64,000 bases of DNA from an archaeon (GCA_023265925.1 JAHFSD010000001.1:3309-67308), one strand, 5' to 3'; positions 18,360 through 27,806 are shown, counted from the stretch's first letter. A program made the numbers and translations. The notes: generated by a model from the sequence alone, not told the origin.

Positions 18360-18703
18360 TGAAAATCGTGGAGCAGTGCGACGAATGCGGTAAAGGAACG
18401 ATGCAGGAAAAGAAAGTAGATTATGTTCTCCTTGGCCAGAATCTCGGAAAGTTCGCGGCCTTGGTATGTAATCACTGTGCTGAAACTGTTTTTGGAGGTG
18501 ATACCTTCCAAATCATTGAGAAGAAGGCCAGGAAAAAAGGTTTGTGGGGAATAGCCGCAAAGACACGAATTGGAACGTCCGGAAATGCTTTAGATGTAAA
18601 ACTACCTAAACTGATCGTAGAATTTATGCATCTCCAGAAAGGACAGGAAGTTCTCATTGAGCCTATGGATAAGAAGCGGTTTCAGGTGAATGTAGTGGGT
18701 TAA
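18356..18703 (+). CDS. antitoxin: MqsA/YgiT-type zinc ribbon fused to an AbrB/SpoVT DNA-binding domain
   Basis: The zinc ribbon is CDECG...x27...CNHCAE. The C-terminal segment SGNALDVKLPKLIVEFMHLQKGQEVLIEP matches the AbrB/SpoVT pattern. It overlaps the toxin gene by 4 bp. Confidence 0.7.
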   Translation: MMKIVEQCDECGKGTMQEKKVDYVLLGQNLGKFAALVCNHCAETVFGGDTFQIIEKKARKKGLWGIAAKTRIGTSGNALDVKLPKLIVEFMHLQKGQEVLIEPMDKKRFQVNVVG

Positions 18704-18712
18704 AACTCACTC

Positions 18713-18720
18713 TTTTTTTT
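18713..18720 (+). terminator. oligo-T (T8) tract
   Basis: TTTTTTTT lies 10 nt after the stop of the antitoxin gene. Confidence 0.4.
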
Positions 18721-18760
18721 GCTTCCAACTTCTCTGTCTCCTGGCGGAGTGAAGAGAACG

Positions 18761-19450
18761 TCAATTCCTATCCGCAGGCTCCCGGCGTTGGGCAGCAACA
18801 ATCCAGGCCATAAAACGTCTAGGAGTATAAATGAATTTTGCCGGCCCGACGATTAGCTCTCCTATTTCTTTCGGCAGTTTGTAGTCAATCGATTCCCGGT
18901 CCTTCACAAAGCCATAGGAAGGATGATCACGGTCAATATGGCTGTAATCGAGTTCCACCGGTTCCAGATGAAAGGTACGCAGGGATTCCTCCAACTGCTC
19001 CGTTTCCGGCTGATAATACATCAGCTCGTCTCCAAACTCAGCCATCACTGCTTTTTCTATTCCCCGCAGATGCAGCATCCGATTGATTTCCTGAGGAGTG
19101 TATTGTTTCAGACTCTTCTCGGTCCTCCAGGAACTGTTCCGCTCGACCATCCTGACGAAAGCAGTTTTGCCGTCTTTATATAAGACCGGGGCGACGTACA
19201 CGCCACTTTGCCGGTTCACCCTGGAGGTGACCTCAAATACGCCGATCGTCTCAAAGTTAGAGATGAGAACTCGGATGGTCCTAGGCTGCGTTCCAGACTG
19301 TTCTCGCGGTTCTAGCCGTTCCCGCGTTTCCGGTTTTTCCCGGAGGTTCACCTGCCGTTCGTCCCGGCTGAGAATCTGATATAAGCCCGAATCTTCCAGC
19401 CGCTCGGCGAGGTATTGGGTACAGCGAAGTTTTTGTTGGTGGGAGACCAT
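18761..19450 (-). CDS. hypothetical protein (second gene of a two-gene operon)
   Basis: 229 aa. Its ATG lies 1 nt after the stop of the upstream gene. No recognised motif. Confidence 0.5.
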   Translation of the reverse strand: MVSHQQKLRCTQYLAERLEDSGLYQILSRDERQVNLREKPETRERLEPREQSGTQPRTIRVLISNFETIGVFEVTSRVNRQSGVYVAPVLYKDGKTAFVRMVERNSSWRTEKSLKQYTPQEINRMLHLRGIEKAVMAEFGDELMYYQPETEQLEESLRTFHLEPVELDYSHIDRDHPSYGFVKDRESIDYKLPKEIGELIVGPAKFIYTPRRFMAWIVAAQRREPADRN

Positions 19451-19451
19451 G

Positions 19452-20087
19452 TTAAGGAGCTACGTTTGGTGGGTTTAGCTGTTGGCTTTGGTTTGGATTT
19501 ATATCTCGTTGATTTAAGTATCGTTTCCACTCTTCCGCTTCTGCCGGGAAGAGCAACCCATTCCTGATGATGATCTCTAGGCTTTCTGGACGCGTGGGAA
19601 GACTTTTCCAGGACAGTGAACGCAATGCCGAGGAGCCTAGGCTTACTGAATCGTCTGCAAGACTGCTTAAGCCATGATCAAAGGCCTGCCAATACACACA
19701 GGCTCCTGGCTGAAGTCCGTAACAGTAAATGCTTTTAAACAGCTTCGGCTCTTCCTGATGAGAAAAAGGAAAAATTCTCTCTTCCACATTGAAGATGAAA
19801 GCGAGCGCTCTTCGATGCGATCCTTCAGACCCCCGGACAAATCGCTCTGACCACTGGTAGTAGCGCTGGCCAAGCAGCTTGGCGGCAGAGTTTTCTAAAT
19901 CGGTAATCTCAGGACGTTTTCCTCGTGCTCCTGTTTCCACCAGCGCGGTATGCTGCTCATAGGAAAGAAGCTCAATGAATTCGCCCCATTCACGAAGAAT
20001 CTGCTCGTCTACAGGAGCAAAGTCCGGGTGAACCCAGAGATACAAATCCGTGATTTGATTTTGAGGGAGGGTCATCGGCAGGATCAT
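19452..20087 (-). CDS. hypothetical protein (first gene of a two-gene operon)
   Basis: 211 aa with no recognised motif. Confidence 0.5.
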   Translation of the reverse strand: MILPMTLPQNQITDLYLWVHPDFAPVDEQILREWGEFIELLSYEQHTALVETGARGKRPEITDLENSAAKLLGQRYYQWSERFVRGSEGSHRRALAFIFNVEERIFPFSHQEEPKLFKSIYCYGLQPGACVYWQAFDHGLSSLADDSVSLGSSALRSLSWKSLPTRPESLEIIIRNGLLFPAEAEEWKRYLNQRDINPNQSQQLNPPNVAP

Positions 20088-20221
20088 TTTTGAGGTTTGT
20101 TTTTAGGTTTGAGGGTGATTATAGTGATGAGGCGATCGGTTGGAGGGGGGATCGTTTTTCTGGGGTGGATTATCTGTTATTTATAAATCTTTCTATAATA
20201 GTAACTATTTAGTAATTATTA

Positions 20222-21505
20222 TTATGGCCACGCCACCTTCCCCACAAACACATTATGCTTATCCCGGACAATTTTTACTGTAATCTTTTTATCCTTCCTA
20301 AATTCACAATTTGGCACGGAAATAGTCCTGTTCTGAGCGACCGCAATCACCGACCGGGGAAAGCGGTCAATACTTTTTATTGTTGCCCTGACCACCTCCC
20401 CTTCCCGAAACGGCCGGGGTAATTCCTTCGTTTCTTTGACGTTAAAATCGTTCTTCCCCAATTTCAGCTTGATCTCATGTTTCTGTTCCAGCTGTTCCAG
20501 CAGGGCATAAAAATCCTTCCAGGGCAGTTCTTGGCTGGGCGTTCTTCCGGTTTTATACTGCAGAAAATTCTGGATTCCTAAAATTGGCTGTCGGGGTAAT
20601 GATTTGATAAACAGAATGATTTTTTCCAGTTCCTGCTCATTGTATCCTGAAGTAAGAACCGGCGCCACAATTGGGCTCCGGGGCATTTTTGCCGCTGCCG
20701 AGGCAATCACGTCCTTGATGTGATTAACGTTGTAGCTTTTTGTCCCCGCCATAATTTTGGCCGTACCTTCATCAATGGCATCCAAGGAAAGGTTAAGCTG
20801 CAGTTTACTAAATCTGGAAAGGCGATCAATTCGTTCCCGGTTTAGCAGCGTGCCATTGGTATCAATAGAGACCGTATGCACCGCTGGCAGCTCTTCCAGA
20901 TCGGCAAACAGGTTCTCGATGTCCGTATACAAAAACGGCTCGCCCTGCACGCCGATATGCACTTCCACCGGTTCGGCGACAAAGTCAATTAATGTTTTCA
21001 GCTCTTCCACCAGATAATCCTTTTCCACGATGAAATCATTCTTGGTGGAAGAGAGCCCTTCGGAAATCGAGCAATAAACGCAATCTAAATTGCAGGACGT
21101 GGCCGGCTTGATCTCGATAATTGAGGAATTACGGTAGACGATGCCAAAAGCCACGTTGCCGATTAACGGAAGGCCTGAATTTTTGTGAACGTAGGTTGCT
21201 TTATTCCCGGTGATTTTAGTTTTCAGGGTATCAAAATATTTTTCCAGGAGAAAGGAAAATTTAGTTTCTGCTTTTTCCTGCGGGAGGGAAGGAAAGGTAA
21301 TCGTGTGGGCAGTAGGAAAGTCAAATTTTCCGATCTGTTCCAGTTCTTCTTGGGGGATGGAGGTAGTAAACCCCTGCAATAAATCAACCCCTACTGCCGT
21401 TCCATTAGGGCGGAAAGTCAGGGTTTCGAAGGTGAGGGTGGCCATCAAACTTTTTTTGAAATGGCACTTTATAAAACTTATGGGCTGATATAGAGATTCG
21501 GGCAT
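20222..21505 (-). CDS. radical SAM protein (NifB/MoaA-like core with N- and C-terminal extra domains)
   Basis: It has the CxxxCxxC cluster motif SCNLDCVYCS, GQGEPFLY, and a C-terminal beta-rich TRAM/PDZ-like tail. An alternative start is the ATG at 21445 (MATLTFETL). Confidence 0.8.
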   Translation of the reverse strand: MPESLYQPISFIKCHFKKSLMATLTFETLTFRPNGTAVGVDLLQGFTTSIPQEELEQIGKFDFPTAHTITFPSLPQEKAETKFSFLLEKYFDTLKTKITGNKATYVHKNSGLPLIGNVAFGIVYRNSSIIEIKPATSCNLDCVYCSISEGLSSTKNDFIVEKDYLVEELKTLIDFVAEPVEVHIGVQGEPFLYTDIENLFADLEELPAVHTVSIDTNGTLLNRERIDRLSRFSKLQLNLSLDAIDEGTAKIMAGTKSYNVNHIKDVIASAAAKMPRSPIVAPVLTSGYNEQELEKIILFIKSLPRQPILGIQNFLQYKTGRTPSQELPWKDFYALLEQLEQKHEIKLKLGKNDFNVKETKELPRPFREGEVVRATIKSIDRFPRSVIAVAQNRTISVPNCEFRKDKKITVKIVRDKHNVFVGKVAWP

Positions 21506-21550
21506 CTACCCACTCCACCAGCAATAACTTTTAAAACTCCCCAACCTTTA

Positions 21551-22258
21551 ATGCCAATGGTAGCCATGGCTGACATCAAAATCACGTTAGAAACTTTGTA
21601 TGACCTGCTGCGCAACGAGAAAAAGCGGGAGGACCTGCAGAAGCTGGACGGCACTTTCTTCCTTGATGCCGTGCTCTATCTCCGGGAAAAGCAGGCCTTG
21701 CTGGAAAGCAAACAGAAGTCCAATGAGTTGTTTGCTGCCGGCGAACGGGACAAGCTCGAATATGAATTGCGCAGCATCAAACGCATCCTGAAAGAATTTT
21801 ATGACCGGCGGGAGAAGAAGATCCTGGACATCGCCCTGAACAAAAGCCGGACCGGGTCAGAGATCATTGACACCAGCGCCATGCTCTCGTTAGAGCGGGA
21901 ATTTTATAACCGCGTCCTGAAAACCCTGGACGATTTCCGGCGGGGGATATTGCAGGCGATGTTCCTGGGGGAGTTGCCCAATCTGCCGGATCAGAAGAAA
22001 CTGGAAGTAGAGATAAAAAAGGAATTGCCGGCAGTCCAATTACAGCAGTCTGGGCAGCATCACCTGGCTTCCGCCACTGCAGCAGTAGTTGCTTCATCCT
22101 CCGATCGGACCAAAATCAAAATCATCCATCCGCTGCCGCAATTCGTCTGGAAAGACCTGAAAGCCTATGGGCCGTATGAGGAAGGCGAGGAGATTGAAAT
22201 GTTTCCGGAAGTCGCCGAATTGATGGTGAGGAAGGGAAGGGCAGTTAAAATTATGTAA
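21551..22258 (+). CDS. possible GINS (Gins51-like) replication protein
   Basis: The N-terminal helical A-domain pattern is LYDLLRNEKK...L..L...F. The C-terminal B-domain-like segment is IKIIHPLPQFVWKDLKAYGPYEEGEEIEMFPEVAELMVRKGRAVKI. The assignment is from memory of the family pattern. Confidence 0.5.
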   Translation: MPMVAMADIKITLETLYDLLRNEKKREDLQKLDGTFFLDAVLYLREKQALLESKQKSNELFAAGERDKLEYELRSIKRILKEFYDRREKKILDIALNKSRTGSEIIDTSAMLSLEREFYNRVLKTLDDFRRGILQAMFLGELPNLPDQKKLEVEIKKELPAVQLQQSGQHHLASATAAVVASSSDRTKIKIIHPLPQFVWKDLKAYGPYEEGEEIEMFPEVAELMVRKGRAVKIM

Positions 22259-22299
22259 GGTTTATTTTGTACTACGTAAGCGATTGGTGTTAATCCTCC

Positions 22300-22623
22300 T
22301 TATTGCGAAAGAATCTCTAATGGTTGTTGCAGTTCACCAAGTTTTGTTAACAGCAACTGGTCGTACAGTATCATAAGTTGCCGGGCAGTTTCATTCTGCC
22401 GGTTGATTTTATAGAGCGTTGCCCGACCAATTTTTCTTGTCTTGAACACAATCCCTAATTCCAGAAGTGTGGGAAGGAGCTGATTCAGCGTCCCCCAACT
22501 TACGCCAGCGTTAAGCAAATCAGTAAGGGTATAATCAAAGTCCCGACCTTCAATTAAATACTGTAACACTCTCATTCGCGGACTGTCCCCGAGATGTTCC
22601 AAAAATAAGGATTGTTCATCCAT
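22300..22623 (-). CDS. winged-helix transcriptional regulator
   Basis: 107 aa with wHTH pattern LQYLIEG..FDYTLTDLLNAGVSWGTLNQLLPTLLELGIV..TRKIGRATLYKIN. Confidence 0.6.
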   Translation of the reverse strand: MDEQSLFLEHLGDSPRMRVLQYLIEGRDFDYTLTDLLNAGVSWGTLNQLLPTLLELGIVFKTRKIGRATLYKINRQNETARQLMILYDQLLLTKLGELQQPLEILSQ

Positions 22624-22725
22624 TCCAACTCGAAGAACACACCACTATTTAAACCTTTTGTTTTATACATCAATGTATAATTAAGGAAGGGAAGATTATT
22701 AAGAGCGGGCCTAGTTTGTTCGAGG

Positions 22726-23028
22726 ATGGAAGAGACTGATGTGCTCAAGAGACTTATTCTCCAGAAATTAGTCAACAAAAATATGTGGGGTGGGAAGCAT
22801 ACCCCGTTAGATTTTGTGGTAAAGGGGGTGCCAGAGCATTATCGAATGACGCCGTCAGGCAGACGAGAAGTTGAGAAAGCGATAAAAGAGTTGATGAACG
22901 CCGAATGGATCATCATCACCGTGAAGCGAACGGGAAAAGGTGCTAGTGAGCATCTCTCATTGAATCCACGCCAGGTAGGGGGAATTCGCAGGTTTTTGGA
23001 AGGGACGATTGAACAGAAAGGACTATGA
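22726..23028 (+). CDS. small putative wHTH protein
   Basis: 100 aa, diverging from the regulator at 22300-22623. It contains VEKAIKELMNAEWII..KRTGKGASEHLSLNP. Confidence 0.45.
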   Translation: MEETDVLKRLILQKLVNKNMWGGKHTPLDFVVKGVPEHYRMTPSGRREVEKAIKELMNAEWIIITVKRTGKGASEHLSLNPRQVGGIRRFLEGTIEQKGL

Positions 23029-23702
23029 ACAAAAATAAGATCATGAAAAAAATCCTTACCGCTGATAACACGGAAACCTTTCTCAATGAGGAAGTGGGCG
23101 AGAGTTACCATTCGCAGACCGGGGCAGTCGAGGAAGCGCTGAAGAAATATGCGCTCCCTTGCAATATTAAAGAGTTAGCAAAAACCGGAAGGATTAAAAT
23201 TCTGGACGTTTGTTTTGGGTTGGGATATAATTCAGCGATGGCAATTTCAGTGGCGTTACAGGAAAATCAGCGGTGTGAAATTGAAGTGGTGGGATTGGAG
23301 AATGATGCCGCTATTTTAGAGAAAATTCAGGAAGTTTCTCCACCAATCCTGTTTTACAAACACTATCAACGACTTCATCCTGGAAGATTGGAGTTCTACG
23401 AGAGAACGGTGCATGTTCAGGTTATTCTAGGTGATGCCCGGGAGACTGTCAAGAAATTGCTGGATGAGCATTTTGACGCCATCTTTTTTGATCCTTTTTC
23501 CCCCAAAACTGCGCCGGCAATGTGGTCCATAAATCTGTTTCAGGAAATGGCCCGGGTGATGAAGAGTACGGCGGTTTTAGCCACTTATTCCTGTGCCCGG
23601 ATGGTCCGGGAGAACATGAGCGCAGCGGGATTAATTTATGACGAAGGGCCGATCGTGGGGAGACGAGGGCCGGGGACGGTTGCTACTAAGTGGAAGTACT
23701 GA
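23025..23702 (+). CDS. MnmC-C-terminal-like SAM-dependent methyltransferase (DUF752 type)
   Basis: It has ILDVCFGLGYN (SAM motif I) and FDAIFFDPFSPKTAPAMWS, the signature of the MnmC methyltransferase domain. Confidence 0.7.
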   Translation: MNKNKIMKKILTADNTETFLNEEVGESYHSQTGAVEEALKKYALPCNIKELAKTGRIKILDVCFGLGYNSAMAISVALQENQRCEIEVVGLENDAAILEKIQEVSPPILFYKHYQRLHPGRLEFYERTVHVQVILGDARETVKKLLDEHFDAIFFDPFSPKTAPAMWSINLFQEMARVMKSTAVLATYSCARMVRENMSAAGLIYDEGPIVGRRGPGTVATKWKY

Positions 23703-23741
23703 AGGAAAGATTTATAAAGGAGCCGGGCTTATGAGCGGGTT

Positions 23742-24689
23742 ATGACCCTTAATGTTATTGTCCAAAATATGGTTGCGGTGGATAGCGAAGTGAGCTATCA
23801 ACATACGCAAAGGACAACGGATGATGCTGAAAAAAGTGAACTGTTTCAGCGAAGTAATTACCACGGGATTCTTATCGGAAATGGCAGTTCTTATAATATA
23901 CGAGATGCGATGTTGTTTGTGCGTAAATCATCTGAAGGAGAACTGGAAAATATGCTGCACAATCTTAAAGAATACCTTTTCAAAAAAGAAAAAGAAATGT
24001 ACAAAAAGCATTTGGATGAAGTTGAGGAAAAAATTAGAACAAAATATAGTTTAATCTCTGATCCGGCTAAACGAGAAGAGGCTGTTCACAAGGATTTTGC
24101 CGCAGCTACTGACCAAATGAGAGAACAGATTGAAAAAGCACCACACAACGGGACTTTGCATATTGTTGCCTACGACAAACAACAAAAGGACATCAGAAAA
24201 TTCTTACTAGTATTACGACCGATTACAGGAGCAGTTCTCCACGAGGTGTATCTACAAAATATCACCGCTGATGGTTCTGGTGGAGACTTGGCCGGAGCAT
24301 ATCTCGCTACACAAACTTCGGGAATACAATGGGATAAAGTCACGCCGGAATACAACTTTTATCTCACCGTCCTCGCCTGTGCTGCAGCCACGGCCAACGA
24401 CGGTGTTGGTGGATTTATGCAATTGGCAGTAATCAAGCCAGAAAGTGTCAACTATATAGAACCTGAAAGAGTCAACGCTGCGGTACGAGTTACCAGTAAG
24501 CAAATCGCCGGGGAAATCGGTAAAAAAGAAGCCATGGGATATATACATCAAATTTACAACGGTGAAGCCAATTTTCACGACGTGGCGCAAGCTTTAGATA
24601 TTACAGAAAATGATCTGCTTTATGCTCCCTGCCGGTTACATCAAGATGTTTCTAAATTCAATAGGATGCTCGTCTTGGCAAAAAAATAG
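23742..24689 (+). CDS. hypothetical protein, possibly a divergent Ntn-hydrolase/HslV-proteasome-like fold
   Basis: 315 aa. The segment LHIVAYDKQ....ITADGSGGDLAGAYLA resembles the GSGG..A.A..L helix-start motif of HslV/proteasome beta. No N-terminal Thr is evident. A Lys/Glu-rich helical insert is present. Confidence 0.45.
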   Translation: MTLNVIVQNMVAVDSEVSYQHTQRTTDDAEKSELFQRSNYHGILIGNGSSYNIRDAMLFVRKSSEGELENMLHNLKEYLFKKEKEMYKKHLDEVEEKIRTKYSLISDPAKREEAVHKDFAAATDQMREQIEKAPHNGTLHIVAYDKQQKDIRKFLLVLRPITGAVLHEVYLQNITADGSGGDLAGAYLATQTSGIQWDKVTPEYNFYLTVLACAAATANDGVGGFMQLAVIKPESVNYIEPERVNAAVRVTSKQIAGEIGKKEAMGYIHQIYNGEANFHDVAQALDITENDLLYAPCRLHQDVSKFNRMLVLAKK

Positions 24690-24691
24690 TC

Positions 24692-24970
24692 ACTTCCCCT
24701 TATTCCGGCCCCTTCTGCGTACTTCCTGTAACCGCTCCAGAACCTTCCCAGCATCGGTATTTGCAGCATACCGTTATGGTAATGGAAGAAACGGTTGCTG
24801 CAATTGCCGGGCTTGAATCATCCGATAGTCAAAAGTACACGTTCTCCGCGCTATCGCCTCCAATCCACTCTGCACCACCCATTCTAAAGCAGTTTCGGGG
24901 GAATAATTTCGGGAAATGAGATGATGTACTCTCCCACCTAAAACCATCCCTTCGTTCAGCTTCGTTTCCT
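24692..24970 (-). pseudogene. decayed partial duplicate of the HAD-hydrolase 3' region fused to the last ~80 nt of bud32
   Basis: The minus strand of 24692-24775 translates to ..DAGKVLERLQEVRRRGRNKGK*, against intact Bud32 ..DAGKVLERLQEVRKRGRNKGK*. By eye, 24795-24970 aligns with 26790-26965 (..gaatcatccgatagtc.., ..cccattcta.., ..agatgatg.actctcc.accta..). Confidence 0.65.
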
Positions 24971-25037
24971 GCCGCCAACGCTAGTTATCACTACAAAAAA
25001 CAAAAGATTTAAATATTTGTAGTACTAACCAGGGCTC

Positions 25038-26012
25038 ATGTCACCCGTTACCATCAAAACCATCAAAGGAAAGAAATATGCGTATTTGGAAAAATCAGTA
25101 CGTCTGGGTGCTACGGTGAGAAAAGTATCTCATTATCTAGGCCCGGCCCCGCCTTTCTCCAGATGGAAAGTAGCGGAAGCAACCGCCGAATACCAAGAGG
25201 AATTTCTACAGAAAGAGGTCGTGTTGCGAATGCAGCAAATTCAGGCTACGATAACCAGCACTTTTCCTCTCACGGAAGAAGAAATAAAGAAGATAGAAGA
25301 GATGAATGTTAAATACCGACAGATCATGAAGAATCTTCATCCTAAAAGCAGAGAGGATCTCAACAAACGCTTCGTGGCCAATTATGTCTTTGAAAGTAAT
25401 GCTCTGGAAGGGAATACTCTAACCCTTAAGAATGTTGCCGAAATTGTCTTTGAGAAGCGGATCAGTTCCGGCCAGGATCTTCGGGAAATCTATGATGCCC
25501 AGAATTCCTATAACTTGTACTTATACCTCCAGAAAACCAGGCAGGAAATAAATTCCGATTTTATCATTAAAATTCATGCCTTGCTGATGGATAAAATAGA
25601 TGATCGGCTGGGGTTTCGAAAAGTTCCCATCATGCTGGTGGGGAAGCCCATGACGCTCCTCAGTAAGCCAGAAGAGGTGGAAAAAGAGATGGACAATTTA
25701 GTTAAGTGGTATCGAAAACAGAAGGGAAGATCATACCCCTTAGAACTAGCTTTTAAGTTTCACGCTAAATTTGAAAAAATTCACCCGTTCTGTGATGGCA
25801 ATGGGCGGGTAGGGCGATTTTTGTTGAATTATATCCTGCTAAGAAAAAAGTATTTTCCGATCATTATCCGGAAAACAACCCGGAATAGTTACCTGAACGC
25901 GCTGGAAGCCGCTGATCAGGGGGCCTGGATCGTGCTGATGAGATTTGCGCTGAAACATTATAAAGAAACGTTCCGCAAGTTCTTTGAAGTTTATTATCAA
26001 TATGCCAAATAA
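25038..26012 (+). CDS. Fic-family protein (AMPylase class with N-terminal intramolecular inhibitory helix)
   Basis: It has the Fic motif HPFCDGNGRVGR. The upstream SNALEGN fits the (S/T)xxxE(G/N) inhibitory motif. Confidence 0.9.
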   Translation: MSPVTIKTIKGKKYAYLEKSVRLGATVRKVSHYLGPAPPFSRWKVAEATAEYQEEFLQKEVVLRMQQIQATITSTFPLTEEEIKKIEEMNVKYRQIMKNLHPKSREDLNKRFVANYVFESNALEGNTLTLKNVAEIVFEKRISSGQDLREIYDAQNSYNLYLYLQKTRQEINSDFIIKIHALLMDKIDDRLGFRKVPIMLVGKPMTLLSKPEEVEKEMDNLVKWYRKQKGRSYPLELAFKFHAKFEKIHPFCDGNGRVGRFLLNYILLRKKYFPIIIRKTTRNSYLNALEAADQGAWIVLMRFALKHYKETFRKFFEVYYQYAK

Positions 26013-26058
26013 GTTAGTACTACATAAAATAGGAATAATGAAAAGATGTAGTGGTAAC

Positions 26059-26667
26059 TCACTTCCCTTTATTCCTTCCCCTTTTTCTTACTTCCTGTAA
26101 CCGCTCCAGAACCTTCCCAGCATCGGAATATGCTTCTTTGTATCCTTCCACTACCTTTTCAAACAGCTCGGGATGCTGGTGATGTGCGCTCTCCAAAGCC
26201 CGCTCTAACAAGTACAAATCTACCGCCTTGTCTTCCACTTTCCCGGAAAAAGAGGACAAGCCAAAGTCAAGAAAATGCAGCTGTCCCGTCTCAGCGTGCT
26301 GAATCATGTTAGACGTGGTCAGATCACCGTGGATGATATCGTTCTGATGGAGTTTTCCCACATTGTTCCCCATTGCTGCGGCCAGCTGGGTATGGTCATC
26401 CCCTTGCTGTAAGACGCTTTTCAATTTCTCTCCCGGCACCACGTCCATGATGAGAGACATCCGTTTATCAGAAAATTCCCGCAGGTGCGGAGCAGGGAAA
26501 TTCAGCTCTTCCAGTCTTTGCAGCACTTTGGCTTCCCTTCTGGTGCGGAATTTCCGCAAGGCCTCGTCGAGATGAGGAAGACGATAAGCTTTACTCAATC
26601 GTTCTTTGATGATGGTGCCTCGGTCCTCATAGAGTACTGCTTCGGCGCCATGGGAAATCTTGATCAT
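26059..26667 (-). CDS. bud32: Kae1-associated kinase Bud32 (KEOPS subunit)
   Basis: It is a small RIO-like kinase: GAEAVLY, catalytic IIHGDLTTSNMI, and DFGLS. The start was moved to the ATG at 26667 (MIKISHG). Confidence 0.85.
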   Translation of the reverse strand: MIKISHGAEAVLYEDRGTIIKERLSKAYRLPHLDEALRKFRTRREAKVLQRLEELNFPAPHLREFSDKRMSLIMDVVPGEKLKSVLQQGDDHTQLAAAMGNNVGKLHQNDIIHGDLTTSNMIQHAETGQLHFLDFGLSSFSGKVEDKAVDLYLLERALESAHHQHPELFEKVVEGYKEAYSDAGKVLERLQEVRKRGRNKGK

Positions 26668-26698
26668 AGAGTGGGAGAATACCTGGACTATAAATACT

Positions 26699-27628
26699 TT
26701 ACCCCCAAATCTGCGTCGGCCGGCTGCGCTCCTGGCAGTCACCACAATTCTGAAGGTGCCGGGAATATAGCTCGATCTGCTCCTGATTCCGCAAATGCTG
26801 CAGCTGCAGGGCCTGAATCATCCGATAGTCTAACGTGCAGGTCCTCTTCGCTATTGCTTCCAATCCTCCCTGTACTACCCATTCTATGGCCGAGTTGGCA
26901 GAATAGTCCCGCGGCACCAGATGATGCACTCTCCTACCTAAATCCCGCTGCGCACGAGCCAAATCGGCTTCATTTCCCTTCTCATAGACGCCAATCGCCA
27001 GTCCGCCCCGTTCACGAACGAAATTAAACTTTCGCTTATCCGATTTACCATCGCCAAAGACAATGACGTTCTCGTACATGAATTTATATTGATCAATCGG
27101 CAGATCTTCATGAACATCTTTCCCCTTGCAGATTTTAATGATTTCTTCGCGCTTATTATTGGGGTCAACAATGGTTTTAATGCGGTCAAGGTCTCTTGCT
27201 CCTTCCAAAAATGTCCCGGAACGAAGGGAGGCCAAGTACGGTGCAATCATCGTCCCTTGAATCAGTGGCGTAAATCCGGCACTGACGACGTGATGTTCCA
27301 AATCCAATCCCTGTTGTTCTGCATAAGCGGTGATGCGGGGGAACCAGTCCGGCAATCCCGGCGCTAACCTGATTTGTGGGGCATAGACCGTTCTCATCGA
27401 TTCGTTGCTGATATCAGTAAAAATATCCCGGCAATCAATCAGGATCTGCTGCATGGCGCCCACGCCGATATCGATGCCTTGGCCACTACAGAGTTTACCA
27501 AAATAATCATCAATTTTGGTGATGCCGTGCTTTTGCTCAATCTCCCTGGCAAACTGGCGCAGGATAGGAAATTGCTGGTATTCCTCGGTCAAGGTCAGGT
27601 CAAAGTCGTAGATGCAGGCGACGTTCAT
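26699..27628 (-). CDS. HAD-superfamily phosphatase
   Basis: It has motif I IYDFDLTLT, motif II HVVSAGF, and motif IV GDGKSD. The start was moved to the ATG at 27628 (MNVACIYDFD). Confidence 0.75.
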   Translation of the reverse strand: MNVACIYDFDLTLTEEYQQFPILRQFAREIEQKHGITKIDDYFGKLCSGQGIDIGVGAMQQILIDCRDIFTDISNESMRTVYAPQIRLAPGLPDWFPRITAYAEQQGLDLEHHVVSAGFTPLIQGTMIAPYLASLRSGTFLEGARDLDRIKTIVDPNNKREEIIKICKGKDVHEDLPIDQYKFMYENVIVFGDGKSDKRKFNFVRERGGLAIGVYEKGNEADLARAQRDLGRRVHHLVPRDYSANSAIEWVVQGGLEAIAKRTCTLDYRMIQALQLQHLRNQEQIELYSRHLQNCGDCQERSRPTQIWG

Positions 27629-27806
27629 GAAATCATTTCGCCCCAGGGCTGGTATATAAAAGTAGTGAAGGTACCAGGCCGGGCGTAATGTTCGCGGGCC
27701 GAATGATCCAGAAAGAAAAAGTAGTCGTGGGAAAATTAATAGATGTTGGGCAAATCTAAATACCAATTCTCTGTGCATAATCCTGTTCTTCAATCATTTT
27801 TATTTT

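Noticed and set aside
26485-27027. 180-aa ORF (+) spanning the bud32/HAD junction
   Set aside because: It is antisense to two genes with clear catalytic motifs.
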